A stretch of DNA of 64,000 nt, from positions 352,001 through 416,000 of the forward strand of contig CAWCKJ010000004.1 of assembly GCA_963796105.1 (NCBI GenBank), given 5' to 3'. The DNA is from a candidate division FCPU426 bacterium (GTDB lineage Bacteria; Oederibacteriota; Muellerivitia; Muellerivitales; Muellerivitaceae). Made by a program: the position numbers and the translations under genes. Each line of letters starts with the position of its first letter. Within the stretch, counting starts at the first letter, position 1. Below are positions 47,776 to 58,096 of the stretch, piece after piece. The notes under the pieces are model-generated. The model was not told the origin of the DNA and made no database searches. It saw only the letters and a list, made by a program, of their open reading frames with translations.

Positions 47776-50001
47776 TTAAAGCCCCGGTCCGCCGGAGATT
47801 CCTTCTTGATTTACATTCACTTTTAATTTCTCCTGGACGGATTTCAACGCGAGCAAAACTTCAGGCTTCAACTCTTTTTCCGCCTCCTTGCTCAATTTAG
47901 TCAAGAATTTTTCCACATAATGCGATCGGTAATGGCCTAATGCCTGGACCGCGGCGGTCCGAAGCGCCATGCCCCTCTCTTTCTTAATTTCCAGGAACTT
48001 ATAACTATCCGCCCATTCCACCAGCTCATTGATCGCGTAGGGTTCCTGCAATTCACCCAAAACTTGGCAGGTTTCCATCAAGAAGTTTTCCCGCGCCTTC
48101 GATTCCATGGGGAATTTTTTCGCTGTCGCGATGAGGGTCCTGGAATCCCCCTCCAAGCCGAGCTTGCCCAAAATTCTCATGGCCGGAATGGCAAATTCGT
48201 CCTCCGGATTGTCCAAAAGCTGGATTAAAAGTGTCCTGTACTCCTGCTTTTCCCAGAATTGAATCATTTCAAGAATCTTACGCCGGGTTTCCGGCTCAAA
48301 AGTCTTCCAATTTGAGGTTATATACTCAGGCATGGACTTGGGCGGGGATGCCTTCTTGAAGATCTCGAGGAAACGCTCCAGCTTGACCGTGCTTTGATTC
48401 TCCTGGAGCCACTTTTCAAAAACCGGAACGCCCGTGATTTCCATCCGGTTAAGAAGATCCACCGCCTTTTTCCAATCCTGTGACGCCACGGGAGCCTGCT
48501 GGGTGATTTGAATCAGGAAGGGCCCGGAGAGAGTATGAAGCAAGAGGAAAAGCTTCGCGAACGCGACCTTTTCCTCCTCCTTTTCCGGTTCCCGGGAAAA
48601 AAGCTCCTGTAATTGGGTCGGTCCAAAAATCATGTCCAGTGTGGCTTGAGCCAACTCATCCTGGCCTTCAAAAAGAGGAGGCTTCTTATCAGAAAGTTTT
48701 TTTAAAACCGAGGCCGTTTGGAAAAGCTCTTCCCACTCGGGATGGCGGATCTCCTCGGGCAGCCAGTTCTGCAGCAAAGTGAGTCCGATGGGATATGCTT
48801 CCGAAGCCGGCTGACCGGTCAAGTAAGACCTTAAATTCCGGAACCCCTCCAGCTGGTCGGGCCGAGGAACTTTCAGCCATTGAAGGCGGTTCAAGTGCCG
48901 CAAAGAGACGCTTTGCGCGCTCGCGTCCGCTGACAAGATGCTTTTCCATAGGCTCTGCCAAACTTTTCCAAATCTTTCCGATTCCTTCTCTTCCTGAAGC
49001 CGGGAAATCCGGCTGTCCACCTCGGATTCCTTTTGACGGTCGGTCAGGATGGACAGGTCGCCGGCATCCACAGCGCTGAGGACGGGATCTATCTCGAAAA
49101 GAGTCAGGCGGTCGTCGGCGGCCTGGACCTGAGTCTCCTCCGTTTCCTCACCAAGTTTGAAACCCTGGCTTTCCCCCAAAAGAACGAGTCTCCTCAATAA
49201 ATCATCCATGTTAAATTGTAAACTCTTCAATTCTCCAGGTTCACTCACTGCGGCCAAATTTTTTCTCAAAGCCCCGAAGCTCCTGATGATTTCACCCCAA
49301 TCCGCGCCCCCGGCTCCCCCAGAGCTTCCGGGACTCCCTCCGGAAAGCCCTCCCTTTCCGGGAGTATCGGATGTCGGGTAAAGTCCTTCCTGTAATAGCC
49401 ATCCCCCCATATTGTCGACCATTTTCTTGGCCACTTCCCTTTTATTGCTTTCAGGTCTTACCTTCGCGAAAATTTGCAGAAAATACTGGAGCGCTTCCAA
49501 AGCTTCCTGCATATTTTCCTCGCCATCCACTTCCTCTCCCACTTGCACGACCTTTTCCCCTTCCCGAATGGCGACGAAAACCTTTTCGTTGACCTCGATA
49601 TGATCCAGGCGGTTATTCTCCAGCGCCTTGAAAAAGGACATCCCCTCGGTCAATCCCCTCGGTTTCAGGAGGCCAAAAAAAGCTTTCATCTCATCGGTTT
49701 GAATTCCCCGGTGAAAAGTCACGTTGTGGATCTTGTGGGTCAGGAACAGGTCCTTGATCATGTTGGTGGAGCCTGTGGTTTTCTCATTCAGGGCGGAACC
49801 CTCCACCACCAAGCGGCCCTCGGATTCGCCGATGGAAAGGCTGGGAAGGGAAAGAAATAACGCCTCCAGGGATTGCAGGAAGCGCTCCAGGGACTGAAGC
49901 ACCATGTTATTATCGTTGGAATAGAGAAAAAAATTCGAGAGAGCGACCCTGAGATCGCGCACAGCGGTCGAAGCGGGCTGGATTTGTTCTGGAGTCAGCA
50001 A
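47776..50001 (-). CDS. HEAT-repeat-like alpha-helical hypothetical protein
   Basis: 741 aa, helical composition, LRTAAVQALG and AMRILGKLG repeats. Confidence 0.6.
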   Translation of the reverse strand: MLTPEQIQPASTAVRDLRVALSNFFLYSNDNNMVLQSLERFLQSLEALFLSLPSLSIGESEGRLVVEGSALNEKTTGSTNMIKDLFLTHKIHNVTFHRGIQTDEMKAFFGLLKPRGLTEGMSFFKALENNRLDHIEVNEKVFVAIREGEKVVQVGEEVDGEENMQEALEALQYFLQIFAKVRPESNKREVAKKMVDNMGGWLLQEGLYPTSDTPGKGGLSGGSPGSSGGAGGADWGEIIRSFGALRKNLAAVSEPGELKSLQFNMDDLLRRLVLLGESQGFKLGEETEETQVQAADDRLTLFEIDPVLSAVDAGDLSILTDRQKESEVDSRISRLQEEKESERFGKVWQSLWKSILSADASAQSVSLRHLNRLQWLKVPRPDQLEGFRNLRSYLTGQPASEAYPIGLTLLQNWLPEEIRHPEWEELFQTASVLKKLSDKKPPLFEGQDELAQATLDMIFGPTQLQELFSREPEKEEEKVAFAKLFLLLHTLSGPFLIQITQQAPVASQDWKKAVDLLNRMEITGVPVFEKWLQENQSTVKLERFLEIFKKASPPKSMPEYITSNWKTFEPETRRKILEMIQFWEKQEYRTLLIQLLDNPEDEFAIPAMRILGKLGLEGDSRTLIATAKKFPMESKARENFLMETCQVLGELQEPYAINELVEWADSYKFLEIKKERGMALRTAAVQALGHYRSHYVEKFLTKLSKEAEKELKPEVLLALKSVQEKLKVNVNQEGISGGPGL

Positions 50002-50162
50002 GAATAGAATCCTTCATTCCCGGGATAAATAAGGCGGTAAACCATCTCTTATTATTTGCCCATCGTTTTAAAAAGAAAACCAAATTATATAGACGCCAAC
50101 AGACGCATTTCTCACAAATTGACCATTAAAAGACCCATGGGCGTGAAATACCCTCCGCAAAT

Positions 50163-50193
50163 AAAAAAGGGCGGTGATATCTCGCCGCCCTTT
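50163..50193 (-). terminator. Rho-independent terminator of pilin copy A
   Basis: AAAAAAGGGCGGTGA-TATC-TCGCCGCCCTTT. Confidence 0.85.
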
Positions 50194-50218
50194 AAACTGA
50201 CTTAATATCTAATTATTT

Positions 50219-50674
50219 TCATTCAAACCCATAGAACGAGTAGGGGATTTGCTTTGAGTCTTGAACCGTGCTGTTGACGAATACATTTCCCATCGTGCTA
50301 TCGTACAACCAACCAGTTCCATTCGCCGTTGGGACTGAAACCATCGTCGTCATCGACACGATGGCGCCAGCGGGACTAGTTGCCCCAACCACGAAAGACC
50401 CTGTCACCTTGACGGGCGAAATATTGTCCAAATACTTGCTGAAGGAATAACTACTGAAGGCCTGCAAAGTCGTGGGCCAAACACCCTGGGCATCGCCGTA
50501 ATAGATCGACGCCGCGGATTTCAGGCTTCCCAGATTTCCCTTCGTGGACCCTTCGCGTGATTTTTCCAGCATCTGCGCGAAACGCGGGATAGCGATAGCC
50601 GCCAAAATACCGATAATCGCCACGACGATCATCAATTCAATCAACGTGAACCCTTTTGCCTTCAAACGAAACAT
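50219..50674 (-). CDS. Type IV pilin/pseudopilin, copy A
   Basis: KG|FTLIELMIVVAIIGILAAIAIP prepilin cleavage/methylation motif. Confidence 0.93.
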   Translation of the reverse strand: MFRLKAKGFTLIELMIVVAIIGILAAIAIPRFAQMLEKSREGSTKGNLGSLKSAASIYYGDAQGVWPTTLQAFSSYSFSKYLDNISPVKVTGSFVVGATSPAGAIVSMTTMVSVPTANGTGWLYDSTMGNVFVNSTVQDSKQIPYSFYGFE

Positions 50675-51149
50675 GTTCAGCCCCCTTTTATATTTTAAAA
50701 TCTACTTATTCAAATCTTTTTGCCGATCGAAAACCTTCTAAAAATTTTCACCTAAAATCGTCATTAAAAGATGTTCGATTCAACTGAAACTTCCGGCTTT
50801 CAACAGCGTTATTATCATAACCCACCGTAGTGTATTCATCCTCAATCAAATTTCGCATTTTAAGGTAATCGATCCCATAAAGGCATCCAGATTAATCGCA
50901 GGTAAAACCTTTTCTCTTGGAAAATCCGCCGTCGCAGTACCCTAAAATCAATTTTCTTTGGACATTTGTTTGAGGTCAAAAATATAAGCGGTTTATTTCT
51001 TTTTGAACTTTGCTGGATTCAACATATATTTTTTCAGGAGAAGCTGAAAATTCCTTCGGGCCAAACCCGATCAGGAGGCGGCTTTTGAAATATTTCCCCA
51101 GCATTCCTTCAGAATATACTGAATGATGTGCGGCGTTGTTTCAGGCCAT

Positions 51150-51183
51150 AAAAAAAGGGCGGCGAAAATTCGCCGCCCTTTTT
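51150..51183 (-). terminator. Rho-independent terminator of pilin copy B
   Basis: AAAAAAAGGGCGGCGAA-AA-TTCGCCGCCCTTTTT. Confidence 0.88.
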
Positions 51184-51207
51184 AACTTCCTTAATTTCTA
51201 AACCATC

Positions 51208-51663
51208 TCACTCAAACCCGTAGAACGAATACGGGATCTGCTTTGAGTCCTGAACAGTGCTGTTGACGTACACATTTCCCATCGTGCTGTCGTACAACCA
51301 GCCAGTTCCATTCGTCGTTGGGACTGAAACCATCGTCGTCATCGACACGATGGCGCCAGCGGGGCTTGTTGCTCCAACCACAAAGGACCCCGTCACCTTC
51401 ACAGGCGAAATATTGTCCAAATACTTGCTGAAGGAATAACTACTGAAGGCCTGCAAAGTCGTGGGCCAAACTCCCTGGGCATCGCCATAATAGATCGACG
51501 CCGCAGACTTCAGACTTCCCAGATTTCCCTTCGTGGACCCTTCGCGAGATTTTTCCAGCATCTGCGCGAAACGCGGGATGGCGATAGCCGCCAAAATTCC
51601 GATGATCGCGACAACGATCATCAGTTCAATCAACGTGAAACCCTTTGCTTTCAATCGAAACAT
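51208..51663 (-). CDS. Type IV pilin/pseudopilin, copy B
   Basis: Same motif; 149/151 aa identical to copy A; AGGAGG SD. Confidence 0.93.
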   Translation of the reverse strand: MFRLKAKGFTLIELMIVVAIIGILAAIAIPRFAQMLEKSREGSTKGNLGSLKSAASIYYGDAQGVWPTTLQAFSSYSFSKYLDNISPVKVTGSFVVGATSPAGAIVSMTTMVSVPTTNGTGWLYDSTMGNVYVNSTVQDSKQIPYSFYGFE

Positions 51664-51766
51664 TTTTCAACCTCCTAAGTTGAATAAGTTCTTACAGGTA
51701 TTTTACCCCTAAAAGCACATGAATTCCATCAAAGCTCTTGCAAAGCTCCACAAATGAGGAAAATCC

Positions 51767-52174
51767 CTACTTTTTCTCGACCAAGTCCATTCCGCACTTG
51801 GGACATTTTCCTGGTTGGTCGCTGGTAAACCCGTCCATTTCGCATATATAAGTTTTTTTCACCGCCTCTGACTTGGGAGCTGGTTTGGCTCTAGACTTTT
51901 TTTCCAAGTCCATCCCACACTTCGGGCATTTCCCATCCGCCGTCTTGGGACCGCTATAATCGCCCATGGGGCAGACCCAGACTTCTTTGGCGGCTTCTTT
52001 AGTCACCTTTTTCTTGGACTTTTTCACTTTGGTCACTGCTTTATGCGACGCAGCCGGTGTCGCGTCGGCAACGGGCGTGATCATCACTTTCGCCTTGCTC
52101 ATCTCATCGGCCCAAACAGATTGTACGACCAGTAAAAACGCCGCTCCCGCCAACAAACTCAAAAATTTTCTCAT
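51767..52174 (-). CDS. Exported protein with two heavy-metal-binding (HMBD-like) domains
   Basis: Signal peptide; WVCPM...GKCPKCGMDL and YICEM...PGKCPKCGMDL. Confidence 0.85.
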   Translation of the reverse strand: MRKFLSLLAGAAFLLVVQSVWADEMSKAKVMITPVADATPAASHKAVTKVKKSKKKVTKEAAKEVWVCPMGDYSGPKTADGKCPKCGMDLEKKSRAKPAPKSEAVKKTYICEMDGFTSDQPGKCPKCGMDLVEKK

Positions 52175-52254
52175 GACTTTACTCCTTTAAATTTTTTTCC
52201 CGTATTCCCGTCAAGGAACCGGGGCATCCCCTCCATGCCAAACCGGGATAAATC

Positions 52255-55200
52255 CTATCCGATCCGTTGAATCCACTTCCAAAGACCCTTCGGCTTCTCC
52301 AGATTCACTTCGGTATGCCATTTCCAAAGCGCGAACAACACCGGGTAGACCAGCAGTTCCAGGATGAAAGAGGTGAAAACCCCTCCCACCATTGGGGCCG
52401 CGATTCGTTTCATGACGTCCGCGCCAACTCCCGTCGAAAATAAGATAGGTACGAGGCCGAACCAGGCCGCCGACACCGTCATGAGTTTCGGCCGTAAGCG
52501 CTTGACCGCGCCGTGCATGACCGAATCCTCCAAGTCCCCGATGGTATTCATTTTTCCCATTTCTTTAAAATGCTTGTAGGAAAGGTTGAGATATAGAAGC
52601 ATCACCACCCCTGTCTCGGCGTCCAACCCGGCGAGCGCGATCACCCCCACCCAGACCGCCACCGATGTGTTGTAACCTAATATCCATAATAACCACACCG
52701 CGCCAACCAGGGAAAAAGGGACCGCCAAAAGCACGATGACGGTTTCCATGAAGCTCTTGGTGTTGAAGTAAATCAGCAGAAAAACGATGAGAAGCGTCAG
52801 GGGGATCATGATCTTGAAGCGTTGTGCGGCCCGGACCATATACTCGTACTGGCCGCTCCAGGCTAGGCTGGTGCCCACGGGCAACTGCACCTTTTCCCGG
52901 ATAAGTTTCTTGGCAGCCTGCACATAAGTGCCGGGATCAATCCCCTCGATATCCACGTAAACGTATCCCGCCAACAGCCCGTTCTCGTCCCGGATCATTC
53001 CGGGCCCCAGGGACAAGCCGACGTCGGCCAATTGGCCCAACTGGACCTTGCTTCCGGAGGGTGTCGTCACCAGGACCCTTCTTAATTTGTCCACGTCGTC
53101 CCGGTAGTCCCGCGCGTACCTCACGCTCACCGAATAGCGCTCCCGGCCCTCCACGGCTGTGGTGATCGTATCCCCCCCGATGGCCATCTCGATGATCTCG
53201 TTCACGTCCTCTATCTTGAGGCCGAAACGCGCGATCTGGTCCCGGCGGGGCTTGATGTCGATGAAATACCCGCCCGTGACCCGCTCGGCGTAAACGCTCA
53301 GGGTCCCTTTCAGGGTCTTCAGCGTGTTCTCAAGCTCAATCCCCGCCCGCTCGATGGCCTTGAAGTCCGTCCCCAAAACCTTGATGCCGATGGGTGTCCT
53401 CACCCCCGTGGTGAGCATGTTGATGCGGTTGATAATGGGCATGGTCAGGGCGTTGGTATAGCCTGGGAATTGCAGGGCCTCGTTCAGGTCGTGCAGGAGT
53501 TTTTCCTGGGTCATGCCCTTTCGCCATTGGTTCTCCGGCTTCAGCAGGATAGTGGTTTCCACCATCGAAAACGGGGCCGGATCCAGGGAGGTCTCGGCCC
53601 GCCCCGCCTTGCCGAAAACACGCTCCACCTCCGGAAAGGATTTTATGATCTTGTCCTGCGTTTGAAGAATCCGGGCCGCCTCAGTCACTGAGACGCCAGG
53701 CAGGGTGGTGGGCATGTATAGCAAGGAGCCTTCCCAAAGGGGCGGCATGAACTCGCTCCCCAATCTTGAAAAAGGGACGAGGGTGATCAGGACCAGCCCG
53801 AGTGCCGCGAGAATCATCTTTATCCTGTTTTCCAAAACCCACTTGGCTGGGCGGCTGTAAAGGCGGTCCAGGAACCGGTTCAGGGGATGTTCTTCCTCGG
53901 TTAATATTTTTCCTTTGAGGAATATCACCATCAAGAAAGGCGTCACCGTGATGGCGAGAAACGCCGCGAAAAACATGGAAAGGGTCTTGGTATAAGCCAA
54001 TGGCGAAAACAAACGGCCTTCCTGTCCCTGGAGCGCGAAGACCGGGAGAAACCCCACCGTGATGACCAGCAGGGTGTTGAAAAGGGACGGCCCCACTTCC
54101 TTGGCGGCATGGAGAATCACCTCGGTTCGGTCCTCTTTTTCACCGCTTTTTTCCCATTCCTCCAGCCTCTTGCAGGCGTTCTCCACCATGATGATGGAAG
54201 CGTCCACCATGGCCCCGATGGCGATGGCGATGCCCCCCAGGCTCATGATGTTTGAGGAGACCCCCAGGTATTTCATGCAGACGAACGACATCAGGATGGC
54301 TAAGGGCAGGGTCAGGATGATGACCAGGGCGCTGGGCAAGTGCCAAAGGAATATGAGGCACACCACCGAGACCGCGATGGCCAGCTTGATAAGTTCGTGT
54401 GTAAGGGTATCAATGGATTTGTTGATGAGTTCTGAGCGGTCGTAAACCGGCACGATCTCCACACCCCCGGGCAGGGACGGCTTGATTTCCTCGATTTTTT
54501 GTTTTACCCGTTCAATAACCTGGAGCGCGTTCTCCCCGTAGCGGGCCGTCACAATGCCGCCCACCACTTCACCCTGGCCGTCGAGTTCCGCTACGCCCCT
54601 CCGGACTTCCGGCCCCGTTTGAATCCGGGCGATATCCCTCAGGAGAATGGGGGTCCCCTGCTTGTCCCGTCCTACAGCCACCTTTTCTAGGTCCTCCACG
54701 CCCTTCAAGTAACCCAGGCCCCGGATCATGTACTCCGTGCCGTTGATTTCCAAAAGTCTGCCGCCTACGTCCCGGTTGGAGTTGCGTACGGCGTCCAAGA
54801 CCTGTCCGAACGTTAGGTCGTAGGATGCCAGGGTGTTGGGATTCACGTCCACCTGGTATTGCTTGGTCATGCCGCCAACCGAGGCGACTTCGGCCACTCC
54901 CGGCAGGCTTTGGAGCTGGTATCTCAGGTTCCAATCCTGGTAGCTTTTCAGTTCCGAAAGGGTGTGTTTACCGCTCCTGTCCACCAGGGCGTACTGATAC
55001 ACCCACCCCACTCCCGTGGCATCAGGGCCCATTTCCAACTTCACGCCTTCCGGCAGGGTTCCTTGCACCTTCGACAGGTACTCCAGGACCCGGCTCCTAG
55101 CCCAGTAAACATCCGTGCCGTCCTGGAAAATGATGTAAACATAGGTGTATCCGAAATCCGAAAAGGCCCGGATGCTTTTGACTTTGGGGGCCCCCAGCAA

Positions 55201-55413
55201 AGCCCTGACGATGGGATAAGCCACTTGGTCTTCCAAAATGTCCGGGCTTTTCATCCACTTGGCGTACACGACGACCTGGGTGTCGGAGATATCGGGGATC
55301 GCGTCCAGGGGAATATTCTTCATGGCCCAGATTCCCCAAAAAATAACGGCCAGCATTCCCAGCGAAACAATGAATTTGTTCCTACCGCACCACTCGATAA
55401 TTTTAGCAATCAC
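52255..55413 (-). CDS. cusA: Heavy-metal RND efflux permease, CusA/SilA type
   Basis: LDAIPDISD.QV, GPDATGVGWVYQY, NIMSLGGIAIAIGAMVDA, RLRPKLMT, MKRIAAPMVGG. Confidence 0.95.
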   Translation of the reverse strand: MIAKIIEWCGRNKFIVSLGMLAVIFWGIWAMKNIPLDAIPDISDTQVVVYAKWMKSPDILEDQVAYPIVRALLGAPKVKSIRAFSDFGYTYVYIIFQDGTDVYWARSRVLEYLSKVQGTLPEGVKLEMGPDATGVGWVYQYALVDRSGKHTLSELKSYQDWNLRYQLQSLPGVAEVASVGGMTKQYQVDVNPNTLASYDLTFGQVLDAVRNSNRDVGGRLLEINGTEYMIRGLGYLKGVEDLEKVAVGRDKQGTPILLRDIARIQTGPEVRRGVAELDGQGEVVGGIVTARYGENALQVIERVKQKIEEIKPSLPGGVEIVPVYDRSELINKSIDTLTHELIKLAIAVSVVCLIFLWHLPSALVIILTLPLAILMSFVCMKYLGVSSNIMSLGGIAIAIGAMVDASIIMVENACKRLEEWEKSGEKEDRTEVILHAAKEVGPSLFNTLLVITVGFLPVFALQGQEGRLFSPLAYTKTLSMFFAAFLAITVTPFLMVIFLKGKILTEEEHPLNRFLDRLYSRPAKWVLENRIKMILAALGLVLITLVPFSRLGSEFMPPLWEGSLLYMPTTLPGVSVTEAARILQTQDKIIKSFPEVERVFGKAGRAETSLDPAPFSMVETTILLKPENQWRKGMTQEKLLHDLNEALQFPGYTNALTMPIINRINMLTTGVRTPIGIKVLGTDFKAIERAGIELENTLKTLKGTLSVYAERVTGGYFIDIKPRRDQIARFGLKIEDVNEIIEMAIGGDTITTAVEGRERYSVSVRYARDYRDDVDKLRRVLVTTPSGSKVQLGQLADVGLSLGPGMIRDENGLLAGYVYVDIEGIDPGTYVQAAKKLIREKVQLPVGTSLAWSGQYEYMVRAAQRFKIMIPLTLLIVFLLIYFNTKSFMETVIVLLAVPFSLVGAVWLLWILGYNTSVAVWVGVIALAGLDAETGVVMLLYLNLSYKHFKEMGKMNTIGDLEDSVMHGAVKRLRPKLMTVSAAWFGLVPILFSTGVGADVMKRIAAPMVGGVFTSFILELLVYPVLFALWKWHTEVNLEKPKGLWKWIQRIG

Positions 55414-55431
55414 AAAACACCTCTCTTACCA

Positions 55432-55681
55432 CAGGGACCCATGCCAACCTTCCCTAAAGCTATCAAGGTGGTCGATATAATCCCACATTTCCCTATCTGT
55501 AATATAGAGATGTGGGACAGGGACAAATCTAAATTAAAAACAATTCTAATGTTTTCGAAGACAGCTTTTAAAATCATCCTGGAGAAATTATACGCCTTAA
55601 TAAAAATCGCCTTTTTCTTCAGCGCCGTTCCTCCCATTTGAAAAATGGGAAGATTTATTGAGTTTTTAAACTGGGTCTCTG
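55432..55681. mobile_element. Possible MITE-like 250-bp insert between cusB and cusA
   Basis: AT-rich; imperfect terminal inverted repeats CAGGGACCCA / TGGGTCTCTG (9/10); no transposase. Confidence 0.3.
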
Positions 55682-55700
55682 AGTCTATGTGGTTCATGTT

Positions 55701-56753
55701 TTATTTTTCCCCCGCGAAAGCCGCTGTGAGTTTCGAATCCGCGTCGATAAGGAAATTAGCCCCGTCCACGACTTTCTGTCCCTCTTTCAGTCCCGAGGTT
55801 ACTTCCCACCACCCGCTTCCCTGGTAACCCACGGTTATTTCCCGGGGGGTGAAAATTCCCGGTTCTGTTTGCAGGAACACGTAACGGTGGGTCCCCGTAT
55901 CCATGACCGCGGATTGGGGCACGCTTAAAAGGGGTCCCGTGGTTGCCTCGATATCCACATCGGCGAAAAGACCGGCCTTCATGGGCTTGTCCAGCGCCAC
56001 CCGCACCCTCGTCACACGCGATTGGGTCTCATCGTAGGGGTAAATGTGGGTGATCTTTCCTTCTATTCTTTCACCCGATCCGCTTAAGGAAGTCACCACG
56101 GCCTTCTGCCCATCTTTTACGAATGGCAAGTCCAAGGCATACACGTCGGCCACGACGTACCGGTCTGAGGATTGAAGGGAATTCCTCGCCGCGAAATTCC
56201 CAGCCAGGGCCGCGAAATCCCCTTCCCCTCCCGCGAAACGCCCGCCCGTGTGGATGACGCGGGTAATGGGCGCCTTTTGGACCGTCGCGAATCTCACCCC
56301 TATCAACTGTTGTTTGTAAGGGCTGATTTTGACCGCAGCCAGGCCCTGAAGCGCTTCGGGGGCCCCTTCCTCTGCCACGGATTCTTCCTCATAAACCGGC
56401 ACCAGGTCCATGCCGTCCGGCGCCTTACCCGGCTTGTCGCTTTTAAATCCGGGGTTCATGGCGTCGGCCCAATATTTGACCTTCTTTTCTTTCGCCGGCG
56501 TGGCGGCCGACGGCGTCCCCCCATCCAAGGGAATCAGGGTCATTCCGCAAATGGGGCAATCCCCGGGTTTTTCCCGGCGGATTTGGGGATGCATGGCGCA
56601 GGTATAAATGGTTTTTTTTGCCTGGGCCTGGCCGGGGTGCCTGCCGTTGTAATAGGCCGTTACACCGATGGCGCCTCCCACGATGACGATAAGTAACAAT
56701 AGCCAGAACAAAACCTTGGTGCCTTTTCCCGATTTCAGATTAGGGCTTTCCAT
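55701..56753 (-). CDS. cusB: CusB-like periplasmic adaptor with N-terminal HMBD, apparently internally shortened
   Basis: YTCAMHPQI...CPICGMTL, YWADAMNP...GMDLVPVY, QQLIGV, VPQSAV..TG, NFLIDADS. Confidence 0.8.
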   Translation of the reverse strand: MESPNLKSGKGTKVLFWLLLLIVIVGGAIGVTAYYNGRHPGQAQAKKTIYTCAMHPQIRREKPGDCPICGMTLIPLDGGTPSAATPAKEKKVKYWADAMNPGFKSDKPGKAPDGMDLVPVYEEESVAEEGAPEALQGLAAVKISPYKQQLIGVRFATVQKAPITRVIHTGGRFAGGEGDFAALAGNFAARNSLQSSDRYVVADVYALDLPFVKDGQKAVVTSLSGSGERIEGKITHIYPYDETQSRVTRVRVALDKPMKAGLFADVDIEATTGPLLSVPQSAVMDTGTHRYVFLQTEPGIFTPREITVGYQGSGWWEVTSGLKEGQKVVDGANFLIDADSKLTAAFAGEK

Positions 56754-58002
56754 TTTCGTCTCCTTTCAAATCTCCCACTTCATAATCCAGCTCGGCCAGG
56801 GCTTTCCCGTAATCGGCTTGGGCCTCGTAATAATTGGTCACGGTCTCGAGGTAAGTGTTGTAAGTCTCGATGAACTCCGGAAGAGGCATCTCTTCGTTGC
56901 GATAGGCCAGTTGCGTGGCTTCCCAGGCCCTTTGGGTCTGTTTGAGGAGGCCCCCTCGCTCGTAAAGCCCGAGGATTCGCCAGGCTGACTCGGCATTGAC
57001 GTAGGCGTCCTCCGCCATGTGGATGACCTCGTTTTGCTTTCCCTTAAGGTCATACCGGGCCGCGGACAATTCATCGGAAGCGGCTCCGGCCGCCGGAGCC
57101 TGCTTGGCTAAGAAAAAGAGCGGGATGCTCACCCCCACCCTGTACCCGTAATCGGAGAAACCGCCGTTGGGGTCCCTCACGCCCGAAAGCCAGACGTCGA
57201 AATCGGGCAGATAATCCATCCCCGCCAGGTTTCTGCGCGCCTGCTGGGCCTCAATGGCCCTTTGGTAAACCGTGATTTCCGAGTTCTGTTCCAGGGCCTT
57301 CCGAACGTAATCCTCTTCCTTGCCCGTGAAAGCGGGAAGCGGAGGCGCTTCTCCCAAAGTATAGAGGGTCCCATGGGGCAGGCTGAACAGGTGGTTCAAG
57401 TTGAATTGGGATACCTTGAGGGCCCGGCTGTTGGTGATAAGTCCGTTCACCGCCTTGGCCGTTTCCATCTGCGCGCGGACGGTTTTCACCGACAGCCACT
57501 GGCCGCTGAGTTCCTTGGATTCCAGGACCTGGCTCAGTCCCTTCCAGCTTTTCTCGGCCTCCTGGAGTATGCCGAACACCTTCGTGCGGTAATAGAACTC
57601 CCAATAGGCCTGCCGGGCTTGCAGGGTGATGGAACGTCTCTCGTCGGAAGCCATCGCCTTGGCTTTCTTGGCCTCGGCTCCATACACGTCCGCCTGGGCG
57701 ATCCCCTTGCCGGGAAATCCCAGCTTTTCCTCCACCATCCACTGTTCCATTCCCGGGTTGGTCGTGTCGACCATCAGCATGGGATCGGATGGAAAAAGGG
57801 ATGGAAGGATTTTTTTCTCCGCCGCGTTGGCCCTGTCGTCCGCCGCGTGGATGTGCGGATTCCCCGCCAATGCCAACTCTTCCGCTTTCTGCAGGGTCAA
57901 AGCCACGGTTGTGGATTGGGATGACGCTTCCTGGGCAAGGCAATGGCCGGTAAGCCACCCGCCTAGTATGGCGCTTAAAATGATTAAATTCGGGATTTTC
58001 AT
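56740..58002 (-). CDS. TolC-family outer membrane efflux protein
   Basis: Start moved to ATG 58002 (AAAGGAG SD). LTLQKAEELALAGNP, YLPDFDV, VSIPLF; first gene of the OMF-MFP-RND trio. Confidence 0.85.
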   Translation of the reverse strand: MKIPNLIILSAILGGWLTGHCLAQEASSQSTTVALTLQKAEELALAGNPHIHAADDRANAAEKKILPSLFPSDPMLMVDTTNPGMEQWMVEEKLGFPGKGIAQADVYGAEAKKAKAMASDERRSITLQARQAYWEFYYRTKVFGILQEAEKSWKGLSQVLESKELSGQWLSVKTVRAQMETAKAVNGLITNSRALKVSQFNLNHLFSLPHGTLYTLGEAPPLPAFTGKEEDYVRKALEQNSEITVYQRAIEAQQARRNLAGMDYLPDFDVWLSGVRDPNGGFSDYGYRVGVSIPLFFLAKQAPAAGAASDELSAARYDLKGKQNEVIHMAEDAYVNAESAWRILGLYERGGLLKQTQRAWEATQLAYRNEEMPLPEFIETYNTYLETVTNYYEAQADYGKALAELDYEVGDLKGDENGKP

Positions 58003-58096
58003 GATACTCACTCCTTTCAAATCGGCGTAATGCGCGCGATTTATTCCTTCCAGTGGACGCAATCATCCCTGGAATGGAAAAGCAAAAAGGAGTGAA

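Noticed and set aside
55410..55697. 95-aa ORF between cusB and cusA
   Set aside because: AT-rich, no recognisable motif, coincides with the inverted-repeat-bounded insert; not fully excluded.
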